Below are positions 52,291-60,061 of a stretch of DNA of 64,000 bases, piece after piece; positions within the stretch are counted from its first letter, which is position 1, and each line of letters opens with the position of its first letter. The stretch comes from Archangiaceae bacterium (GTDB lineage: Bacteria > Myxococcota > Myxococcia > Myxococcales > Myxococcaceae): contig JADJNS010000012.1 of NCBI GenBank assembly GCA_016714225.1, positions 253,422-317,421 on the forward strand, written 5' to 3'. Made by a program: the position numbers and the translations under genes. The notes beneath the pieces were generated by a model. That model worked only from the letters and a program-made list of their open reading frames with translations. It made no database searches and had not been told where the DNA came from.

Positions 52291-53364
52291 ATGCGCCAGT
52301 CCGTCAGCGTGGTGGGAGTCGGTGACTTCACACCCGATCAGATCGTCACCAACCAGACCATGGCTCGCGCGATACCCGGGTGGAACCCGGAGCTGATCCG
52401 CGAGCGCACCGGCATCATCGAGCGCCGCTTTCTCTGCGGCATCGACGAAGAGACCGGCCTGGCCATCACCCCGGTGGTGGGGCTGCGCTCCAACACCGAC
52501 ATGGCCGAGCTGGCCCTGTGGGACGCGCTCAAGGCCGCTGGTCTGTCGCCGCAAGAGCTCGACGCGGTGTTCGTGGTGACCTGCACGCCCGACCGCCCCG
52601 ACTTCAACTACGACGCGATGGAGCTGCACCGCCGCTTCGAGCTGCGGCCCGACACCACCGCGCTGGTGGTGAACGACGGCTGCGGCGGTACGCCCTACGT
52701 CATCGACCTGGCGCAGAAGCTGATCGGCTCGGGCGCGATGAACACCGTGGCCGTGGTCGCGAGCAACTTCGCCTCGGCCTTCGTCGATCGCAAGGTCTAC
52801 TGCGACACGCTCGAGCTGACGCCCGGCAAGCCGCTCTCGGGCTACCTCTCGATGTACGTGTTCGGAGACGGCGCGGGCGCGGTGGTGCTGCGCGGCACCG
52901 CTCCGGGCGAGCACGGAGTCTTGAGGTCGACCTCTGGCAATGGGCACGAGTCTCTCGTGCTCAGACGCGGCGGTGGCGCCGAGCTCCCCTTCCTTGGCGC
53001 CGCCGCCCGTCCCGTCGACTTCGCCTTCGTGGTCAACGGCCACGAGGTGGCGCAGAGCTACCCCAAGCTGATGCGGCAGTGCCTCAGCAGCGTGGGCGCC
53101 GAGCAGAACTCGGAAGTGAAGCGCTACTACCTGCACCAGCCCAACAAGCGGGTGCTCGACCGCTTCAGCGCGCAGGCGGGGCTGTCGGCCGACACGGTCG
53201 CCAGCACGGTCGAGTTTCTCGGCAACACCTCGGCCGCGGGCACCCTGGTGGCGCTCTCGATGGACCTGAAGCAAGGCCGCGTGTCGCTGGGCAGCGGCGA
53301 CCTGGTCTGCCTCGCGGCGGCCGGCGCCAACGTGCACTGGGGAGCGCAGCTGATTCGCCTTTGA
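52291..53364 (+). CDS. FabH-like beta-ketoacyl synthase III / thiolase-fold condensing enzyme
   Basis: 357 aa. Cys-His-Asn triad contexts VVNDGCGGTPY, YLHQPNKRVL, LGNTSAAGT. Confidence 0.8.
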   Translation: MRQSVSVVGVGDFTPDQIVTNQTMARAIPGWNPELIRERTGIIERRFLCGIDEETGLAITPVVGLRSNTDMAELALWDALKAAGLSPQELDAVFVVTCTPDRPDFNYDAMELHRRFELRPDTTALVVNDGCGGTPYVIDLAQKLIGSGAMNTVAVVASNFASAFVDRKVYCDTLELTPGKPLSGYLSMYVFGDGAGAVVLRGTAPGEHGVLRSTSGNGHESLVLRRGGGAELPFLGAAARPVDFAFVVNGHEVAQSYPKLMRQCLSSVGAEQNSEVKRYYLHQPNKRVLDRFSAQAGLSADTVASTVEFLGNTSAAGTLVALSMDLKQGRVSLGSGDLVCLAAAGANVHWGAQLIRL

Positions 53365-53367
53365 AAG

Positions 53368-54012
53368 GTGCCGCACATGCAGCCTGTCACCATCGCCCCG
53401 GTTCGCCCCATTCGCGTCGTGCAGCCGCCCGATCTCACCATCGGCGATCTCGCCGATCGCCTGCGCTTCGCCAACGAAGACGACACCTGCAAGGGCATGT
53501 TCTTCAACGGCGTGCTGTCGGCGGCCGAGAAGCTGCTCGGCCCCATCGCCCGCGCCCAGGTGGCGGGGGTGCTGCCCGAGAAGAAGTACGTCGACTTCTT
53601 CAACTACCCCATCGCCACGTTTCTGCCCGCGGCGTTCGCGGCGGCGAAGTGGCTGCACCCGCAGGTGGGCGACTTCGACGCGGGCATGCGCAAGCTGGGC
53701 GAGCAGGCGATCGACGACTTTCTCGGCACCGCGGTGGGCCGCACCCTGGTCACCGTCTCGGCCGGCGAGCCCCGGCGCCTGATGCGCGCCGCGCCCATCG
53801 CCTACAAGACCGCGGTCAGCTACGGCACCCGCGACACCGTCTTCACGTCCGAGACGACCTGCGTCTTCAAGATGCGCCGCGACTTCATGCCGCACCCGTA
53901 CCACGAGGGGGTGTTCACCGCGGTGCTGCGCGCGCTCGGCTGTCACGACGTCGAAGTGAAGGGCCGCTGCCTCGGTCTGATGGACGCCGACTACGACGTC
54001 TCATGGAGGTGA
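53368..54012 (+). CDS. DUF2378/TIGR02265-like protein (myxobacterial paralogous family)
   Basis: ~211-214 aa starting 3 nt after the KAS III stop (GTG 53368 or ATG 53377). The CKGMFFNGVL...YPIATFL...YHEGVF pattern recalls the family. Assignment is from memory only. Confidence 0.5.
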   Translation: MPHMQPVTIAPVRPIRVVQPPDLTIGDLADRLRFANEDDTCKGMFFNGVLSAAEKLLGPIARAQVAGVLPEKKYVDFFNYPIATFLPAAFAAAKWLHPQVGDFDAGMRKLGEQAIDDFLGTAVGRTLVTVSAGEPRRLMRAAPIAYKTAVSYGTRDTVFTSETTCVFKMRRDFMPHPYHEGVFTAVLRALGCHDVEVKGRCLGLMDADYDVSWR

Positions 54013-54015
54013 AGC

Positions 54016-54555
54016 ATGAAGCGCTTCGTTCTGATCCTGGTGGTGGGAGCCGGCTCACTCACTTCGGGCGCAGAGGCGACGTACGTCTTCCAGAGCCAGG
54101 AAGACGCGTCGACTCCGCCCGAGGCGGCGGTCTGCCTGGCGGCGCCGTTCGCGAGCAACGTGCAGCTGGGCGCCAGCCTGTGGAGCGTCGAGACCCGCGG
54201 CTTCGACGGCAAGGTGCGCGCGCGAAGGCACCGCATCGGCCGCGCCACCGCCTGCCTCGAGCTCACCAACGTGATGTTCCCCGAAGGGCTGAACCAGCGC
54301 TTCTACGTGCGCTTCGACCTGCCCCACGGCAGCTACACCGCGGTGGGCACCTGCACGGTGAGCTCGAACAGCGTGCCTCAGCCGTTCATCGTGCTGGCCG
54401 GCTGCACCCTCAAGCTCGCTGGCCAGCCGGCGTGGTCGCTGGGCGGCATGGTCACCTCGAGCTCGATCTTCAACCCGCTGCACCGGCCCGGCTTCTCGAC
54501 CGGCTCGACGTGGACGCTGCAGGAGTACACCACCCTGCCTGCCGGGTGGTGGTGA
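54016..54555 (+). CDS. small exported protein, function unknown
   Basis: 179 aa starting 3 nt after the upstream stop. Signal peptide MKRFVLILVVGAGSLTSGAEA. Confidence 0.55.
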   Translation: MKRFVLILVVGAGSLTSGAEATYVFQSQEDASTPPEAAVCLAAPFASNVQLGASLWSVETRGFDGKVRARRHRIGRATACLELTNVMFPEGLNQRFYVRFDLPHGSYTAVGTCTVSSNSVPQPFIVLAGCTLKLAGQPAWSLGGMVTSSSIFNPLHRPGFSTGSTWTLQEYTTLPAGWW

Positions 54556-54608
54556 GGGAATTCGGGGGGCGACCCGGGGAGAGTAGGCTCGGGGTGGTCG
54601 CGCCCGCC

Positions 54609-55838
54609 GTGAGCTACCAACCGATTCCCGACAAGACGCAGGTTCGTTCTGAGCTGATCGGCACGCACGTCGGCCAGTGCGAGCTGCTCGAGAAGATCGG
54701 CGACGGGCGGCGCGGCGCGGTCTACCGCGGGCGGCACGCCGGCACCGGCCGCGAGGTGGCGGTCAAGGTGATGCAAGACGCGGTGGCCGAGCGCGAGGTG
54801 CGCGCCGCCAGCCACGTGCACCACCCCGGGCTGGCCGAGGTGCTCTCGTTCGGCCGCCTGCCCGACGGCCGCCACTACGTGGTGATGGAGCTGATCGCGG
54901 GTGAGAGCGCCGACTGGGTGCTGCACCGCAGGGGCCCGCTCACCGTCAGCGAGACCGTGCAGGTGCTCGCCGCGGTGAGCGAGGCGCTGAGCGCGGCGCA
55001 CGACCGCGGGCTCTTTCACGGCGCGCTGCACCCCAAGAGCGTGTTCCTGCTGGCCAGGCCCGAGGGCGGCTTCACCGTGAAGCTGCTCGACTTCGGGGTG
55101 ACGCCGCCGCCCGGCGAGCCCGAGCCCTCGGTCGCGGCCGACCTGCAGGCCCTGGGCAAGCTCGGCTACACCCTGCTCACCGGCCAGCTCGAGGTGCCCG
55201 CCGCGCCGCGCTCGCCGATCGTGCCGGTGATGCCGCTCTCGCTCGACGAGCTGATCATCGACCTGGTGCAGGCGGCCTCGAAGTTGCGCCCCCAGAGCGC
55301 CCGCGAGGTGCGCGAGCGCCTGGGGCCGCTGCTCCCCCAGGCCCCGGCCGCGCCGGCGGTGGTGGTGAGCGCCGCGCCGCTGCCTACGCTGCCTCCGCGG
55401 GCGGTGCCGCACCGCGCGACGCTGCCGCTGATCGCCGCCGCGCTGGTGGCGGCGGTGGGAGGCGCGGTGGCGTACCTCGTGCTCAGGCCCGACGCGGCTC
55501 CGGCCGAGCCGGTGGTGGTGGCGGCGCCCGCCCTGCGGCCTCTCTCGGTCGCGCCGGTGGCGGTGAAGCCCGAGACGCCCGAGCCCGCGCCGGCAGCGGC
55601 TCCCGCACGCGCCAAGGCCTCGAAGAGCCCCCGCGCGGCGCCGGTGCCGACCGAAGACCAGCTCGACGCCCGCATCGGCCGGCTCGAGGGCAAGCTGCGC
55701 GGGCGGCCCGGCTCGCACGACGAGGCGCAGCACCTGCTCAACAAGCAGCGCATGCGGCTGGGCGGCACTCCCGACGTCGACGAGCGCAGAGACATCGCGC
55801 TGAAGCTCGACGCCTGGGAGCAGGTCTGGCTGCGGTAG
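54609..55838 (+). CDS. membrane-spanning Ser/Thr pseudokinase
   Basis: GTG at 54609. Kinase fold retained (IGDGRRGAVY, VAVKVM, LLDFGV), but the catalytic loop reads FHGALHPKS instead of HRDLKPxN and there is no APE. One TM helix (LPLIAAALVAAVGGAVAYLVL). Confidence 0.7.
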   Translation: MSYQPIPDKTQVRSELIGTHVGQCELLEKIGDGRRGAVYRGRHAGTGREVAVKVMQDAVAEREVRAASHVHHPGLAEVLSFGRLPDGRHYVVMELIAGESADWVLHRRGPLTVSETVQVLAAVSEALSAAHDRGLFHGALHPKSVFLLARPEGGFTVKLLDFGVTPPPGEPEPSVAADLQALGKLGYTLLTGQLEVPAAPRSPIVPVMPLSLDELIIDLVQAASKLRPQSAREVRERLGPLLPQAPAAPAVVVSAAPLPTLPPRAVPHRATLPLIAAALVAAVGGAVAYLVLRPDAAPAEPVVVAAPALRPLSVAPVAVKPETPEPAPAAAPARAKASKSPRAAPVPTEDQLDARIGRLEGKLRGRPGSHDEAQHLLNKQRMRLGGTPDVDERRDIALKLDAWEQVWLR

Positions 55839-55907
55839 CAACGGTGCTGTTACCGAAGTGCGCCAGGGCTGCCGCGCACGCCCCGCACGGCTACGAGACA
55901 GCCACAC

Positions 55908-57425
55908 ATGAAACGCTGGCAACGCTGGCTGCTTCGCCTGGGCATCGCCCTGATCGCGGTCGAGGTTCTCTACCTGGTGAGCGCCAACGCGCTGCTCGCC
56001 ACCGACGTCATACCCAACGGCATCGCCAAGGCGACCCACCAGGTGCGCATGAAGTGGGGGCGCGCCGTCACCCTCTGGCCCGGGCACTTCACCGTCACCG
56101 ACTTCAGCATGCAGCTCGACGACGACAACATGGTGCAGATGGACCTCAACGTAGAGAAGTCGACCGTCGACCTCGCGTTGCTCCACCTCGCCAGGCACCA
56201 GGTGCGCCTCGAGAACGCTCGCGCAACAGGCGTCTCGTACCGCATGAACGTGAAGGTCAGCGCGCGCGAGGCCCGGGCGCACCCCGAGCGCCTCGCCGCG
56301 TTTCCGGTGGTGCCGGGCTACGACTTCCCTCCGCTGCAGCCCGAGCAGGCTCCGCCGCCGGCCAGCCCCGAGCAGATTGCCCAGCTGTGGGGCGTCGAGC
56401 TGACCGACGTGGTGAGCACCGTGAAAGAGGTGTGGATCGACGAGTTCCGCTACCTCGGCGGGCTGAAGGTGAAGGGCTCGTTTCGGCTGCAGCCGCTCAA
56501 AGAGCTGCAGGTGGGCCCGGCGCAGGCGAGCTTCGAGGGGGGCACCCTGAGCGTGGGCAACCACCTGCTGGTGCCGTCGTTCGAGGCCAAGGCGCGCTGC
56601 ACCATCGGCGCTGCCAGCATCGAGGGCGGAGACGCCAGCGGCATCGTGCGTGAGCTCACCGCCTCGCTGCACGGCAAGACCCGCGTCGAGGGCCTCGAGG
56701 TGGCCTCGTTCTACTTCGACGAGGTGAAGCTGCATGGCGGCGGCCCGCTCGAGCTCGACGTCGAGACGGTGAAGGGCAAGCTCACCAGCGACAGCCGGGT
56801 GAAGCTCGAGCTCGACGATCTCGACGTGAAGGCGATGGACATGCGTCTCAAGGGCCGCGTGACGCTGGCCGCCGCGGTGACGCCCGGCAACAAGGTCGCG
56901 GCGCACAGCGAGCTGTTCGGCACCTTCACCGCTCCGCCGCTCGACGGTGACGCGCTCTCGTTCGCGCTCAATGGGGCGGGCGCCGACGTGGTGCTGGGCA
57001 GCACCGACCTGGGTGAGCTGCCCGCCTTCGAGCGGCTCGCCGCGCGCGTGGGCGAGGCGCGCGCCACCGACGTGGGGCCCATCACCCGGCCGGCCGCGAA
57101 GTACGTGCCGGTGATCGGCCCGGCGGTGCTGGGCAAGGGGCCGCTCACCGCCTCGGCCAGCTGCGCGATGACGCCAGACACCCTCACCATTCGCCTGCAC
57201 CACTCGAAGCTGGGCGCCGCCGAGCTCAACGGCGCGGTGAAGAAGTCGAGCACCGGGTGGAACGGGGCGGCCTGGGGCCACTTCGACCAGCTGAAGCTGG
57301 GCTTGAAGCTCGACCACACCCGCTTCGGCTACGTGCCCTTCGTCAACGAGCAGTGGCTTGCCGGCGAGCTCAAGCGCTGCGACATCGCACCCGAGCCCGA
57401 GCCCCAGCGCGCCGCCAACCCCTGA
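55908..57425 (+). CDS. N-terminally membrane-anchored beta-rich protein, function unknown
   Basis: 505 aa. TM helix WLLRLGIALIAVEVLYLV. Repetitive beta-strand-like body. Confidence 0.55.
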   Translation: MKRWQRWLLRLGIALIAVEVLYLVSANALLATDVIPNGIAKATHQVRMKWGRAVTLWPGHFTVTDFSMQLDDDNMVQMDLNVEKSTVDLALLHLARHQVRLENARATGVSYRMNVKVSAREARAHPERLAAFPVVPGYDFPPLQPEQAPPPASPEQIAQLWGVELTDVVSTVKEVWIDEFRYLGGLKVKGSFRLQPLKELQVGPAQASFEGGTLSVGNHLLVPSFEAKARCTIGAASIEGGDASGIVRELTASLHGKTRVEGLEVASFYFDEVKLHGGGPLELDVETVKGKLTSDSRVKLELDDLDVKAMDMRLKGRVTLAAAVTPGNKVAAHSELFGTFTAPPLDGDALSFALNGAGADVVLGSTDLGELPAFERLAARVGEARATDVGPITRPAAKYVPVIGPAVLGKGPLTASASCAMTPDTLTIRLHHSKLGAAELNGAVKKSSTGWNGAAWGHFDQLKLGLKLDHTRFGYVPFVNEQWLAGELKRCDIAPEPEPQRAANP

Positions 57426-57442
57426 GGCACTTTTGAACGACC

Positions 57443-57474
57443 GGGCGGGGCGCCCACGCCAGAACGCCCCGCCC
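57443..57474 (+). terminator. perfect 10-bp GC hairpin (GGGCGGGGCG / CGCCCCGCCC, 12-nt loop) 18 nt after the stop
   Basis: Inverted repeat read from the sequence. No U-tract follows. Confidence 0.4.
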
Positions 57475-57560
57475 ACGCGCCCGATCGCCGCATCGCCACT
57501 GCAGATCGTGATCGGCCCGCAAGTTGCTCACACGCACTGGCCAAACCCTGTGGAGACCGA

Positions 57561-58724
57561 ATGACCGCGTCATCTGCCGCCGCAGCTGTAACCGACTCGA
57601 CACCGTCGGCTCCCCGGGTGTCACCGGTAGCGCCCGGCCTTCGGCCGCGGGTCGCCCGCGCGGTGCAGCTCGCCAAGATGGTGGCCTACTTCGGGCTGCT
57701 GCTGCTGGGCGCGAAGATCCTCCAGGAGATTTTGCTGGAGATCTCGAACACCGAGTACATGGCCGAGCTCAGCCGCGTCTCGGGCATGGCGGCCTCGATT
57801 CTCGACGTGAACAAGAACATCGATGATCTCACCATCACCCTGTTCGCGCTGACCATCACCTTCCTGCTCAGCCTGCCGGTGGCCTGGGTGCACACCCTCA
57901 CCAAGGGTGACACGCCCGAGCCCTCGCTGACCCAGACCCTGATCATGCTGAGCGTGATCGTGGCCGGGGTGATGCTGCTGCTCGAAGACAACCTCGCCCG
58001 GTCGTTCAGCCTGGTGGGCGTGGTGGCGGCGGTGCGCTACCGCAACACGCTCAAAGACCCCAAAGACGCGGTCTTCGTCTTCCTCTCGCTCGGCATCGGC
58101 ATGGCGGGCGGCCTGCAGGCGTACCACGTGGCGCTGCTGCTCAGCATGTTCGAGTGCGCGATTCTGCTCGTGCTGTGGATGTTCCAGACCGGCGCGCCGG
58201 CGATGGGCGAGACCAGCCTGTTCAGCGCGCTGAAAGAGAGAGAGAAGAAGGGCGAGCGCTCTCCTGCCGAGGCGATGGCGTGGCTCACCCCCGAGGCCCG
58301 TGGCCGGGTCGAGGCCGAGCTCGAGCAGCAGAGCCGCTACATCAACCTCGCGGCGATGGTGGCGGGCCAGTCGGGCAAGCGCCCCAACTGCGTGGTGGTG
58401 GTCGAGACCGACGGCAGCGCCGATGCCCGCGATGCGATCAACACCGAGCTCGAAGAGCACCGCGGCAGGTGGCGGCTGTTGGGCGCCAACGACTCGGGCG
58501 GCGTCAGCACGCTCGAGTTTCTCGGGCGGGTGCCGAAGAAGCGCAGCCCGCCGCTCAAGCTGCTCGAGCGGCTGCGCCACGCCGCTCCCGGAGTGCGGCA
58601 CGTCGAGTTCCGCTCGCTGCGCAAGATGATCGCCGACAAGGCCGACCCCGACGCGCCCGAGGTCACCGACGCGGTCGACACCGTCGCGACTGCCAAACCC
58701 ATAGCCGAGAGGGCCACCCATTGA
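57561..58724 (+). CDS. DUF4956-like polytopic membrane protein with ~170-aa cytoplasmic C-terminal domain
   Basis: GGAG lies 6 nt upstream of the ATG. ~6 TM helices. FSLVGVVAAVRYRNTLKDPKDAVFVFLSLGIGMAGG matches the DUF4956 core motif as I recall it. Confidence 0.55.
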   Translation: MTASSAAAAVTDSTPSAPRVSPVAPGLRPRVARAVQLAKMVAYFGLLLLGAKILQEILLEISNTEYMAELSRVSGMAASILDVNKNIDDLTITLFALTITFLLSLPVAWVHTLTKGDTPEPSLTQTLIMLSVIVAGVMLLLEDNLARSFSLVGVVAAVRYRNTLKDPKDAVFVFLSLGIGMAGGLQAYHVALLLSMFECAILLVLWMFQTGAPAMGETSLFSALKEREKKGERSPAEAMAWLTPEARGRVEAELEQQSRYINLAAMVAGQSGKRPNCVVVVETDGSADARDAINTELEEHRGRWRLLGANDSGGVSTLEFLGRVPKKRSPPLKLLERLRHAAPGVRHVEFRSLRKMIADKADPDAPEVTDAVDTVATAKPIAERATH

Positions 58725-59185
58725 GCCGCTTTCTGGAGAAGATGTTCGCGCGCCCCGAGCGCAACGTCGGCGCCGGTGACTTCGCCACCCGCGTGGTGGC
58801 CAGCCTGCTGCTCGCCGCGCTGGTGGTGATCATGCTGCCGCAGATGCGGGTGGCGTACTCGCTGATCAAAATCAGCCTGCTGTTCGCCGCCGAGCTGGGG
58901 CTGGTCAGCCTGATGCTCGGCCTGTTCCTGCGCGCCAAGACGTTCTTCGCGGGCCTGCAGCTGATGGTGACGCCGCTGGTGATGCTCTGGCTCGCGCGCC
59001 ACAACCACTTCCACAGCGCGATGGCCTTCGGCCTGTTCTTCCTGTGGATCGGAATCGCGAACCTGGTCACCCGCCGCAGCCGCCTGAACCACGTGCTCAA
59101 CCTGGACTCGCTGACCGAGGCGATCGCCCAGCTTCCGCCCGACGACGACAAACCGGCCGCACCTTCGACTGGAGCACGTTCATGA
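58721..59185 (+). CDS. 4-TM membrane protein, function unknown
   Basis: TTG overlaps the upstream stop (TTGA); an alternative ATG lies at 58742. Four hydrophobic helices. Confidence 0.5.
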   Translation: MSRFLEKMFARPERNVGAGDFATRVVASLLLAALVVIMLPQMRVAYSLIKISLLFAAELGLVSLMLGLFLRAKTFFAGLQLMVTPLVMLWLARHNHFHSAMAFGLFFLWIGIANLVTRRSRLNHVLNLDSLTEAIAQLPPDDDKPAAPSTGARS

Positions 59186-60003
59186 GCCTCGACACCGACC
59201 CCCTGGTGATCCACGCGAATCAGGGCCTCGTCGCCAAGAAAGAGAAGAAGAAGCGCAAGAAGGAAAAGAAGCGCGAGGCCGAGCGCGCCCGCGCGCTCGA
59301 GGCCGAGGGGCGGCAAGCCCGGGCCACCCCCTCGATGTCGGCGCTCGAGCTCGACGGCACCGCGCCGGCCGCGCCCGCGGCCGCGACCGCGCCTGCGCCT
59401 GCGCCTGCGCCGATGGTGCACATCGAGCCGCCCAGGGCCCGCGCCCAGAAGTGGCTGCAGCCCATCGCGCGGGGCCTCGACAACGACCGCATGCTCACCG
59501 CGACCAAGTCGAGCTTCATGATCGCCATCAACGGCACCATGCTCGCGATCACCGCGCACGCGCTCTACCGCGACCCGGGCGAGGGCACCCTGTGGCTGGC
59601 GCTGGTGCCGCTGGCGCTCACCAACCTCTTCTCGCTGGTGTTCGCCATCGTCAGCGCCCAGGTGCGCGAGCGGCCCACCAACTTCGATCAGCTGTGGGAA
59701 AAGAACGACAGCGAGTACGAGCCCGCGCTGGGCGCGATGCTCGAGAGCAAAGAGCGCATCTTCGGGGCCATCTCCGAAGAGCTGCACCTGCACGGCGCGG
59801 CGCTGGCCAAGAGCCGGCGGCACCTGCGCACCGCGTACCACGTGCTCGGCGGCGGCATGGTGCTGACGGCGCTCACCTTCGCGGTCTGCCTGGTGTTGGG
59901 CAACTCGGCGGCGCCCGATCAGAGCCGGCCGTTCATGGGCCGGCAGACCGAGGGCCGCGGCGCGGCAGTCTCGTCGGTGCAGGAACCGGGTCGGGTCGAG
60001 TGA
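59182..60003 (+). CDS. membrane protein with polybasic N-terminus (KKEKKKRKKEKKRE), Ala/Pro linker and 3 TM helices
   Basis: ATGA overlap with the upstream gene. 273 aa. TM region TATKSSFMIAINGTMLAITAHAL...LWLALVPLALTNLFSLVFAIV weakly recalls 2TM effector modules (DUF5706/PycTM-like). Confidence 0.55.
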   Translation: MSLDTDPLVIHANQGLVAKKEKKKRKKEKKREAERARALEAEGRQARATPSMSALELDGTAPAAPAAATAPAPAPAPMVHIEPPRARAQKWLQPIARGLDNDRMLTATKSSFMIAINGTMLAITAHALYRDPGEGTLWLALVPLALTNLFSLVFAIVSAQVRERPTNFDQLWEKNDSEYEPALGAMLESKERIFGAISEELHLHGAALAKSRRHLRTAYHVLGGGMVLTALTFAVCLVLGNSAAPDQSRPFMGRQTEGRGAAVSSVQEPGRVE

Positions 60004-60061
60004 GCCCGGCCTGCGAGGGGGAGTCTGGGAGCAGAACGGTGGGCCGTGGGGAGAGGCGGGC

